A stretch of 59,737 bases of DNA from Myxococcota bacterium (GCA_036127535.1 JAYYRF010000850.1:1-59737), one strand, 5' to 3'; positions 36,134 to 44,269 are shown, counted from the stretch's first letter. Translations and numbers: made by a program. The notes: generated from the letters alone by a model not told the origin.

Positions 36134-36772
36134 ATGCGAACAACCATCCCTCTTTTTTTTGGATTTGTGGTCGGCTTCTTTATGCTGGGAGACTACTTTA
36201 TTCCGCACTGGACTTACCAACTCATCAAGGGCTATATTCTCGAGTTTGGAACACTTTTGGCCTCCACTGCCTTTTTATTGGGCATTATCAACCTCATACA
36301 AGTCAATCTTCCCAAGATCATCGCGCGCGAAAAAGACTGGTTTTACAAAGTCGTCATGCTTGTGAGCATGGTGATCACCATGGTTTTTGGATTTGTAGAG
36401 GGGGGTGCGAGAATGGACGACGACCAAATATACAAATGGATTTTCGACTACATCCTCACACCGTTGAGCGCTACGATGTTTGCACTCCTCGCTTTTTATA
36501 TTGCCTCTGCTGCGTTTCGCGCTTTTCGTGCTCGGAATGCGGATGCCACCATTCTCTTGATTGCTGCCTGCATTATGATGCTCGCTACCGTTCCGGTAGG
36601 AGAGCAAATCCCTTTTTTCGGGGATTATCTCCTCCACTTGAAAAGTTGGCTCATGGACGTTCCCAACGTCTCTACCCGTCGCGCCATTTTTGTCGGCGCT
36701 GCTTTGGGAACCATTTCAACGGGCTTGCGAATCCTCCTCGGGATTGAGAGATCTCATCTGGGAGGAGATTGA
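36134..36772 (+). CDS. Polytopic membrane protein (hypothetical)
   Basis: 212 aa with about six hydrophobic segments. 3-nt gap from the previous gene. Confidence 0.6.
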   Translation: MRTTIPLFFGFVVGFFMLGDYFIPHWTYQLIKGYILEFGTLLASTAFLLGIINLIQVNLPKIIAREKDWFYKVVMLVSMVITMVFGFVEGGARMDDDQIYKWIFDYILTPLSATMFALLAFYIASAAFRAFRARNADATILLIAACIMMLATVPVGEQIPFFGDYLLHLKSWLMDVPNVSTRRAIFVGAALGTISTGLRILLGIERSHLGGD

Positions 36773-37635
36773 TGCGCCAATTTCTGTTTTCTCTTCAAAA
36801 GCTCGATCGTAGAATAATCTTTGTGGGTATGGCGCTGTCCATTTTTATCCCCCTTCTTCTGCCGTTTTCCCTACCCTTCAAAGTCAGTAAGGAAGTACAA
36901 GCAACGTACGACCAAATCGAAGCCCTTCCCAAAGGTGCACCCGTTTTGATTTCCGCTGATTTCGATCCGAGTTCCATGCCCGAGCTGTGGCCTTTCTTTC
37001 AGGCCAATCTTCATCATATGTTCGCAAACGATCTCAAACCGGTCTTTGTGACACTGCTTCCCACTGCTCCCCCCTTGATATGGCCAGAAATCAAAAAGAC
37101 CGCGTCCCTATACAAAAAACAATATGGTGAAGACTATGTCTTTTTGGGGTACAAAGACGGGAAAGAGCTGGTCATTAAAAACATCGGACAAAACATCCCC
37201 CAACAATTTCCACAAGACTACCGCGGAACCCCCATCGCATCGCTCGAAATGATGCAAGGCATCAAACAGGCGAAGGATTTTCCCATGCTCATCGCAATAT
37301 CGGCGGGCTTTCCAGGCATAAACGAATATGTACTGCAAATTCAAGGTCTGTACAAACTACCCATGATCGGTGCCTGTACAGCTGTGAGCGGCCCAGATTA
37401 CATCCCCTTCTTCAAATCCAAACAGCTTCTGGGTCTGAGTATGGGAATTCCCGGATCCGCCAAATACGAACGACTGGTTCAGTCAAAGGAGAATGTTCAA
37501 CCATTTTCGGCGACCGGAGCCAAAAGTCTAAATGTATTGAGTCTCAGTCATCTCTACATCATATTCTTAATCGTAATTGGTAATTTTGCGTACTTCATGA
37601 CACGCGATATGGAGGACGAAGATGGACCCGGTTAG
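36769..37635 (+). CDS. Membrane-anchored protein with soluble domain related to that of 34709-36130
   Basis: 288 aa. Start is TTG at 36769 or ATG at 36772, overlapping the previous stop. N- and C-terminal TM segments flank a soluble domain. GAPVLISADFDP and IGACTAVSGPDYIPFF echo GKPVLYVPGIES and IAGTAEVTQLPFF in the 473-aa protein. Confidence 0.6.
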   Translation: MMRQFLFSLQKLDRRIIFVGMALSIFIPLLLPFSLPFKVSKEVQATYDQIEALPKGAPVLISADFDPSSMPELWPFFQANLHHMFANDLKPVFVTLLPTAPPLIWPEIKKTASLYKKQYGEDYVFLGYKDGKELVIKNIGQNIPQQFPQDYRGTPIASLEMMQGIKQAKDFPMLIAISAGFPGINEYVLQIQGLYKLPMIGACTAVSGPDYIPFFKSKQLLGLSMGIPGSAKYERLVQSKENVQPFSATGAKSLNVLSLSHLYIIFLIVIGNFAYFMTRDMEDEDGPG

Positions 37636-38710
37636 CATCTACGAAATCATCGGTGTTTGGGTATCCATTTTCTTAACCCTGACCGTTTTCTCCTTTTTGT
37701 ATGACGACAATCCGATCTACAAGCTCTCGGAGCATATTTTCATGGGCGTCACGATCGGCTATGGGATCAGCGAATCATATTGGGGTGTCTTCAAGCCGAA
37801 TTTGCTCGACAAACTCTTTGTATGGGAAGATGGGCAATTTGCTGGGGAAAGCATCTACTTTCTCGCGTTGCTCTTGTGTGTTTTGCTTCTCTTCAAAGCA
37901 ACATCAAAATGGAGTTGGCTCGCACGAATTCCCATCGCCATTCTCGTATCCGCCTACGCTGCCCTTAAAATTACAGGAGAAACAACGGCGAAACTCATGC
38001 TGCAACTGCAAGACTCTATGCCTGACCTCCATACTTCTTGGAATCGCCATGGAATCTGGGACTGGTCGAATGACGGAGCCGGCGTTTTCTCTGACACCTT
38101 CTTGGTGATTAGCTTGATGGCGATTCTTCTCCACTTCTACTTCAGCAAAATCCCTTCCAAGACCGAAAAGTGGGGATATCCACTCGCAGGCATTTTCTTT
38201 TTGCTGTGCTTTATCGCGTGTTTCTTCCTCTCGCCTCTCCAGGATAGTCTCATTGGGTCGCTCATCGTCTCTCTCTCGCTGGCATCGTGCGCCGCGATGC
38301 CATTTTTGGCGATTTCCCCCGCTCGAAAATCTCTCTCTCGATTTGGGGTTTGGGTTTTGATGCTGAGCTTTGGCGCCTCCTTTGGTTTTACCGTTATGGG
38401 TCGCGTATCTTTGGCGATCGGTCGAGCCCAAGAGTTACTCGGGCATAATATGTCCACGGAACGCGCAGAACAAGTCATGCCCCAAACAGCATCGTTTGTC
38501 TCCCTTCTTGTGATCGCTATTTCTCTCTTTTGGTGGTCAAGAAGGAAGAAAGATACAGAGATCGCATGTAGACTTTCTTTACAGCAGTGGGCGTTCTCTT
38601 CCTTTCGATTCCTTTTTGGATTTGGTTGCAAAGCCTCCATGAATCTTTGTTGGGATTTTGGTCTTTGCCGTTGGGAATCGCGCAATTTTGGCTCGCTGCG
38701 TTCAATCTGA
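37622..38710 (+). CDS. Polytopic membrane protein (hypothetical)
   Basis: 362 aa with 8 or more hydrophobic segments, overlapping the previous gene by 14 nt. The last ~40 residues look non-native, so the true end is uncertain (see overlap with the next gene). Confidence 0.55.
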   Translation: MDPVSIYEIIGVWVSIFLTLTVFSFLYDDNPIYKLSEHIFMGVTIGYGISESYWGVFKPNLLDKLFVWEDGQFAGESIYFLALLLCVLLLFKATSKWSWLARIPIAILVSAYAALKITGETTAKLMLQLQDSMPDLHTSWNRHGIWDWSNDGAGVFSDTFLVISLMAILLHFYFSKIPSKTEKWGYPLAGIFFLLCFIACFFLSPLQDSLIGSLIVSLSLASCAAMPFLAISPARKSLSRFGVWVLMLSFGASFGFTVMGRVSLAIGRAQELLGHNMSTERAEQVMPQTASFVSLLVIAISLFWWSRRKKDTEIACRLSLQQWAFSSFRFLFGFGCKASMNLCWDFGLCRWESRNFGSLRSI

Positions 38711-39585
38711 TTCTCGCATTTGTATGTCGCATCTTTTCCAAAAAACCCGCAATTTGGATCACAATGGGAATGATAAACCTGTTCATACTCATGGAAGATG
38801 TTCGATTGTACACCGGAGATACGGAAGGGATTCCTATGATGAGCTGGAATCTGAATGCACCGCAAAAAAAAGAGATGGACTGCGTCTTGCCCGTCATACA
38901 GCAGTGGGAGCAAGTCAATCCGGATGGCCTCATTTTCTTACAAGAAGTGAGCGAGAGAAATTTTCAACGCATTATGGACGAGACCAGCTTGTTGTGTATG
39001 GGAGCGAGTTATCACCCCATCGATAGCTGCCGAAATCGAAAAAAAGAAACGTGTCCGGGGCTGGCGATCTGCGCGGCGAAAAATTGGTCTTTTCGCCGTC
39101 CTCATCACAAGAATTTTCAAGATCAACGAAATTATGGCTACTTCCAAACCGAACTGAAACCCCCGGGAGAGAACGAATACTTCAACGCCCTTAATATTCA
39201 TCTGGAGAGCCTTTGGAGAACCCGCTACGAACTCAAAACCCAAAATATGACGGAGCTTTTGCATCAAAATACACTGCGACAACACGAGCAACTGGGTAAA
39301 ATCGAAAAGGTTCTCTCTATTCTCAAGGATCCGGTTCTTTTGGTTGGTGACTTTAACTCCGTCAGCAGTATGTGGCTTCACCGCCACCTTCGCACCAATC
39401 TGATCGATGCCCACCGCTTTAGTGGTATGGGGTTCGGCATTAGTGCAAAAAGATACTCCATACCGATAAGAGTCGATCATCTTTACATTCAGGCACCGAT
39501 GAGGTGGAGTGGAGAAACACGCGTCCTACATCAGCACACCTGTTCCGATCATTTTCCGATTACGTCTTGGTTTTCCCTACGCTAA
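38587..39585 (+). CDS. Endonuclease/exonuclease/phosphatase (EEP) family protein with N-terminal membrane anchor
   Basis: Contains LIFLQEV, VGDFNS and the terminal CSDHFPITSWF (the catalytic His motif of the EEP fold). The N-terminal 60 aa are hydrophobic. Start is uncertain: GTG at 38587, or ATG at 38764 which would remove the anchor. Confidence 0.8.
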   Translation: MGVLFLSIPFWIWLQSLHESLLGFWSLPLGIAQFWLAAFNLILAFVCRIFSKKPAIWITMGMINLFILMEDVRLYTGDTEGIPMMSWNLNAPQKKEMDCVLPVIQQWEQVNPDGLIFLQEVSERNFQRIMDETSLLCMGASYHPIDSCRNRKKETCPGLAICAAKNWSFRRPHHKNFQDQRNYGYFQTELKPPGENEYFNALNIHLESLWRTRYELKTQNMTELLHQNTLRQHEQLGKIEKVLSILKDPVLLVGDFNSVSSMWLHRHLRTNLIDAHRFSGMGFGISAKRYSIPIRVDHLYIQAPMRWSGETRVLHQHTCSDHFPITSWFSLR

Positions 39586-40561
39586 GGCACTCCATCATAA
39601 TTTCCAAAAGGGCATCTTCCCCATCCAACCACGGCCTTTGTATCATGCGACGCGATACACTCATGGCCTGGACATCTTGTATATACGCCGGCGGTAGTGA
39701 CTCATCGAGGCAAAAGAGAGAAAGACGCTTTTTTAGCGCGCGTGCCATTCCCACTTCAAAGGCACAAAAAGATGAGCGAAGAAAGGCTTGGGAAATCGCA
39801 AAAAACAAGATTTCTGAATCTCGAATGGCTTTTTCAATCGTTTCATACCAATTGCTTCCTTGTCGAATCGAATCCGAACACACAAAAATATCCGCCTGAA
39901 AATATCGGCGCATATAATTCACCACCGGGAGGAGAATGTGTTCATCAGCAACCGCATGCGAGAGAAAGATTTGCGGAATCGCGGCAACCGACGTATTCGT
40001 CTTGTTCGGTTCCAGAGCCAAGAGTTGCGCCCAAAGAGAGCCGATGCCCTCATCTCGCAACAGATGTGTCGAATAAAAAGGCCCCAATTGTTGTAGAAAT
40101 ATTGGATCACAACCAATGGCAACCAAGTGAACCCGAGCCGCTAAAATACGCTCTTTTTCAACGAGTAAACGCTCGAAGTCCGTTCCATCACAGACAATCC
40201 ACAAATCGTTGCACCGCAACATTTCGTTCACCCGAGAACTGTGTATCGCACCCAGGCGATACGACCACTTCTCCGCCAAAGAGAGGTAGTGGGAGACGGA
40301 CAGAATGACCGTGTCTTTGGTCTTTACTTGTGGCGGAGCACAGGACCAACCTTTTTCCGTGTGAGAACCATCACACACCGGAAAAAGCCTCGAGCGCCCG
40401 CACACGCATCTTCGATCCACTCTGCCTCCTTTGATTGTCGCGTTATCAGTGTACTGCAAACGAGCGACAGGCAGATGATTATTCTTGATATTCAGAAGAA
40501 AGAGCCCTCTCCCAGTCGTATATACAGCGAAACCCAATGGTTCCATCAAAATGCGGAACAT
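39560..40561 (-). CDS. CDGSH iron-sulfur motif / linker domain / TIR-like domain fusion protein
   Basis: Residues 52-67 are CVCGRSRLFPVCDGSH, an exact CDGSH signature. Residues ~197-290 are IFLSHAVADEH...GSNWYETIEKAIRDSEILFFAISQAFLRSSFCAFEVGMA, the bacterial TIR pattern including the conserved Glu. The start is uncertain (40459-40561) because the first 28 codons overlap the FGE gene out of frame. Confidence 0.75.
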   Translation of the reverse strand: MFRILMEPLGFAVYTTGRGLFLLNIKNNHLPVARLQYTDNATIKGGRVDRRCVCGRSRLFPVCDGSHTEKGWSCAPPQVKTKDTVILSVSHYLSLAEKWSYRLGAIHSSRVNEMLRCNDLWIVCDGTDFERLLVEKERILAARVHLVAIGCDPIFLQQLGPFYSTHLLRDEGIGSLWAQLLALEPNKTNTSVAAIPQIFLSHAVADEHILLPVVNYMRRYFQADIFVCSDSIRQGSNWYETIEKAIRDSEILFFAISQAFLRSSFCAFEVGMARALKKRLSLFCLDESLPPAYIQDVQAMSVSRRMIQRPWLDGEDALLEIMMECLSVGKTKT

Positions 40562-41537
40562 GTCCCCAAAAGATCGTATCCAATCTCACTTGCTCTCCCG
40601 CGTAATACGCACCTCCAACTTTGGCTGCGATCGGCTCTTCATCACGTTCTTGCACAACCTCGATCTGTGCACGGGTTCTGTCGTCGTCCCATACCAGCCG
40701 GATTGGCAGCATCTCGGTTGCGCTTGCCATTCCTGATATCAAAGATGGCATTAAATACCCTTCTCCCGGCAAATCGGAACGGAACGGTTCTGCGGTGACC
40801 GCATACAATCGACCTTCCTCTTGCGAGAAATACTCGAAAGACAAACCGACGGTAAAAGGAACAAAATCGTCTAACGCTCCCTCTTCTAATTTTAACAGGC
40901 CGTCTTCTACCAACAAGGAAAGTCCCTCCTCTTCCCGCGCCGCAAACCAACGCTCGATATCTACGCGATTTCCAGAATCAACCCACTCCCAAAGGTTTCC
41001 GATTTGATCCCACACTCCAAAAGGGCTCTGACACGAAGAAAGAGAAGCACAAGGCTGCACACCATCCCAATTCAAACCCTCTCCGGGCAGGACACATTCA
41101 CCGTTGGGAAGCGAATCACCCCACGGATATGCGAATCCTCCTTCCCCATAGGTTCCATCGCCGGCGTCCTTCCATTCCGCGAAGGTTGGCAAGCGCATAA
41201 ATGCACCCGCTTGTTCAACCCACGTGTTTTCACAAAGCGTCTGCGCCCGGTAAAAAGAAACATTGGAGGCGGGAAGCACCCCGACTTCTGAAAGTGCCTG
41301 CTCTTCAAAAAATGCACTTTCACACTGCATGATACAAAACTGAGGATCATCGATGGGAACGGGAACCGTTCCCATCGAGCACGAGCGTCCTACGTCTTGC
41401 TCTTCGCCGTCCTCCGAATCTTCGACCTCATCCTTCTCTTCCTCCGGTGACTGTTGAGAACCGGGAGGAAGCAGCTCTTGAGAGGTAGAGCAAGCTGCCC
41501 AAAGCCAAAGATATCCCATGCCCTGTCTCCTCCCCAA
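40479..41537 (-). CDS. Formylglycine-generating-enzyme (SUMF1/FGE-sulfatase) domain lipoprotein
   Basis: Lipobox LWLWAACS followed by an acidic low-complexity linker. Then RLPTFAEWKDAG, YPWGD, GNLWEWV and the terminal GTIGFRC, which are hallmark FGE-domain motifs. Confidence 0.85.
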   Translation of the reverse strand: MGRRQGMGYLWLWAACSTSQELLPPGSQQSPEEEKDEVEDSEDGEEQDVGRSCSMGTVPVPIDDPQFCIMQCESAFFEEQALSEVGVLPASNVSFYRAQTLCENTWVEQAGAFMRLPTFAEWKDAGDGTYGEGGFAYPWGDSLPNGECVLPGEGLNWDGVQPCASLSSCQSPFGVWDQIGNLWEWVDSGNRVDIERWFAAREEEGLSLLVEDGLLKLEEGALDDFVPFTVGLSFEYFSQEEGRLYAVTAEPFRSDLPGEGYLMPSLISGMASATEMLPIRLVWDDDRTRAQIEVVQERDEEPIAAKVGGAYYAGEQVRLDTIFWGHVPHFDGTIGFRCIYDWERALSSEYQE

Positions 41538-41662
41538 TGTCTCGAACGGTGCCAGGTTCGATTATATGATGGCGGCCGATTCTCTACCATCTTATCACGG
41601 TGGGCGCTTTTCCCGTTCGGCGAAGGAAGGAGAAAAACGAATGGTAGACGATAGAGCGGATT

Positions 41663-42073
41663 TTATTCTTGGGGCATGCCCCATATCTTTCGATACAAAA
41701 AGGTCGTACCCAATGCGATCGAAGTCGATAAAACGGTTCCCCAAATCAGATCAACGACCACGACGATGGTCGGAAAATCTTTAAATACCGCTTGCGACGT
41801 CAGGTCAAAGGTCGCGTAGGTGACAAAACCAAAGGCGGCGCCGTAAGCCGCAATTTTTTTGTAAGAGCTCTTCCAGTGGGGGGCCAAGACGAAGAAATTC
41901 AGACCCGCCAGGAAGATTAAATAAAAGAGAACCGCGGGTACCACGGCAAAGGATTCGCGCATTAAATGACCCAAATGCTTTGCGTAAAAGGAACTCGCTA
42001 CCGTACCGAGCCAAAAGGCATCCACCATAACAAACACGGCGATGGAGATAAAATATCGTTTTACAATCATCAT
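41663..42073 (-). CDS. DUF2177-like small membrane protein
   Basis: 136 aa with 4 TM segments. The N-terminus YFISIAVFVMVDAFWLG....FY...LG.LM resembles the DUF2177 family. Confidence 0.6.
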   Translation of the reverse strand: MMIVKRYFISIAVFVMVDAFWLGTVASSFYAKHLGHLMRESFAVVPAVLFYLIFLAGLNFFVLAPHWKSSYKKIAAYGAAFGFVTYATFDLTSQAVFKDFPTIVVVVDLIWGTVLSTSIALGTTFLYRKIWGMPQE

Positions 42074-42104
42074 ACGGTTCTCTTAACCCAATGGGATTTC
42101 AACG

Positions 42105-42554
42105 CTAAGAGATCGACAAGATCTCTATTTCTTTGCCTCTAAAAACCACGATGTCGCCTTCTTCTGTGGCATTCAATGCCTGCCCCAGTGGAGAGTCCAA
42201 CGAAATGCATCGATACACCAAATCCAAATCGACTTGACCCGCGGCAATAGAGAAAAAGAAATGCCCCCCATCCGTTTCGACAACGGAACCTTTTTCTACC
42301 TGTTCACAAATCCGCGTAGCATCGATCGTCTCCAATGAAGCGCGCATTCGATGCGCTTCTTTGAGATGAAGAGCGTATTTTTGCTTCTCGAGTTGCATCA
42401 TCGAGCGACCGGTTTCATACTTGTCTCCCGCGCTGCTCTTCGTCTCCAAATTCGCTTCTCTTTGTGCATTTTCCATCGCTTTTTTGGACACTGCGATTTT
42501 TTCATCCACATAATCGAAGCAAAACCGAAGGAGTTTTTGTTTAATCCGACTCAT
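42105..42554 (-). CDS. GreA/GreB C-terminal-domain family protein
   Basis: Start placed at the Met of MSRIKQKLLRFC. Contains ETKSSAGDKYETGRSM, and the C-terminus reads ISLDSPLGQALNATEEGDIVVF.GKEIEILSI (GreA-like FKBP-fold motif). The longer track ORF would overlap the hydrolase gene. Confidence 0.7.
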   Translation of the reverse strand: MSRIKQKLLRFCFDYVDEKIAVSKKAMENAQREANLETKSSAGDKYETGRSMMQLEKQKYALHLKEAHRMRASLETIDATRICEQVEKGSVVETDGGHFFFSIAAGQVDLDLVYRCISLDSPLGQALNATEEGDIVVFRGKEIEILSIS

Positions 42555-42619
42555 CGAAACATCATCCCACTCTGATCGTTTAATCCTATACGCAATATGG
42601 TCTTTTTCCAAGCAAAGCT

Positions 42620-43558
42620 TCAAGGCTTGAGATACTGATCCGCAAAATCGATCATTTCTCTCCAGCATTGACGCGCCTTCTTACGAAAGATGAGAGCGTG
42701 AAAGGCGTGGATCTCATGCTCGTAATACCGCTCTGCCACAAAGCCGCCTTTTTGCCGTAAAACCGATGCCATTTGCTGGGTATCGCCCAAAAGTGGATCC
42801 CATGTACCAACGCATAAAAAAGCGGGTGGAAGCGATCTCGATAGCGTACAATTCTCAAACAGACAGACCGGATCTGCCAGTGTCATCGGCTCTGGTTCGG
42901 GAAGATAGCATAACTGCAAATCGAGTACGTTGTAAAAGTTCAAACGAGAGACCAGACCCCGTTTTGGGAACCGTTTTGGATGCGAAACTTGAAAGATCCC
43001 GCAGGCGGGTAGGAGTACGGAAGGTGTCACGCCGGCATCGTATACGCGCTGCGCCCATGGCTCTGAACGTCGAGACAACAAGCAAAACGCCAGCGCCATC
43101 GTCAGATTTGCACCGGCCGATTCTCCGGCAATCGCGATGCGAGAAAGGTCACCACCATAGGACTCTATGTTTTCAAGCATCCACTGCCACGCGGCGCATA
43201 CATCCTCTATCGCAGCCGGATACGGATCTTTGGGTGCCAAACGGTAATTAATGCTCACGACCAGGTATCCCGCTTGTGCAAAGTTTCGTCCCATAACCCA
43301 GTGGGTATCCTTGGAAAGAGATCGAAAAGCACCACCATGAATGTAAAAAACAATGGGAACACCGGTACTTTTTTGCATAGGCCGGTAGATATCCAGCGTA
43401 GAAAATGCGCCGTGAGAGCAATATTAAACAGAAGAGAATCGCTCGATTCCTCGACGCTCTAAGTTGGCCAGTCTGGTTCTGCCCCCCAAAAGCGACAGTG
43501 CTTCGAAGAAAGAATCAAAGCTTTTGGCGACCACCATCCCCCTCTTCTTACGAGTCAT
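42620..43558 (-). pseudogene. Alpha/beta-hydrolase (HSL-type esterase/lipase) interrupted by an in-frame TAA at codon 45
   Basis: The ATG at 43558 lies 2 nt after the upstream stop. 44 codons (MTRKKRGMVV...RGIERFSSV) are followed by TAA (43424-43426). The same frame then continues YCSHGAFSTLDIYRPMQKSTGVPIVFYIHGGAF...GESAGANL (oxyanion HGG and nucleophile GxSxG motifs). The track ORF (42620-43378) starts at the Met just before the HGG block. Confidence 0.7.
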
Positions 43559-43560
43559 CT

Positions 43561-44184
43561 TCACTTTCTCCAAGCCATCGCCAGCCACGGTTGCTCTTCA
43601 CGCGGCCGACCCGGCGGACGATAATAGTGGGTAATTTCTGAGAAACCGGCATTTTGCATGAATGTACGCCACTGCCCAATAGAATGATAGCTTCCATATC
43701 GGTCACCATTCCAGCCCTCTATATCGAGGCCGCGGGGATTGGAAGAGAAAAAGACGCCGTCTTTTTTTAAACAAGACCATAACTCTCGAAGAACGCGCGG
43801 CAATTCTTGCTTGGGAACATGAAAGAGCGTCGCGTTCGCAAACACACCATCAAAAAAAGAAAGCGGTAAATCCAAAGCCAAAAAGTTTTGCTCCCACACC
43901 GTACATCCGGCGTTTTTTCGGGCGAGAGCACTGAGTTGTGCCGAACCCTCCACCCCGATCGGAATATGACCACGGGATTTAAAAAAGGCCAAATCTCGAC
44001 CGGGACCACACCCCACATCAAGGATTCGGTACGGTGCTTCCCCCCGTATATTAGACAAGAGGGTCTGCGTGTTTTGACTGACGTCGTGATCCTTGGTTCC
44101 TTCCCAAAAAGAAAGAGCATTTCGATCGTAATGACCGACGGTCTCGCGAACGATCTCCGTAAGTTGGTCGTCAGAAAGTGACAT
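43561..44184 (-). CDS. Class I SAM-dependent methyltransferase
   Basis: Contains ILDVGCGPGRDLAFF (motif I) and ..DGVFANATLFHV.. (post-I/II). 207 aa. Confidence 0.85.
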   Translation of the reverse strand: MSLSDDQLTEIVRETVGHYDRNALSFWEGTKDHDVSQNTQTLLSNIRGEAPYRILDVGCGPGRDLAFFKSRGHIPIGVEGSAQLSALARKNAGCTVWEQNFLALDLPLSFFDGVFANATLFHVPKQELPRVLRELWSCLKKDGVFFSSNPRGLDIEGWNGDRYGSYHSIGQWRTFMQNAGFSEITHYYRPPGRPREEQPWLAMAWRK

Positions 44185-44269
44185 ACGGCCTTCCTCCCAT
44201 CTCTTCCGTCAAGAAGAGATGTTTCAGGATATAATATACTTTTCCATATCCATTCGTGTGGAGATTTCC

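Noticed and set aside
38137-38913. Long alternative-frame or antisense ORFs. These include 38137-38913 (258 aa), 32342-32986 (214 aa), 1816-2463 (215 aa), 4743-5360 (205 aa), 43767-44348 (193 aa), 44171-44737 (188 aa), 50893-51492 (199 aa) and 47986-48552 (188 aa).
   Set aside because: Each overlaps a gene with strong family motifs on the other strand or in another frame, and each translates to Arg/Gly/Ser/Cys-rich sequence without motifs.
40479-40650. Possible diversity-generating retroelement target, because FGE/C-type-lectin-fold C-termini are common DGR variable regions.
   Set aside because: No reverse transcriptase gene and no template-repeat copy of the C-terminal coding segment were seen in the window.
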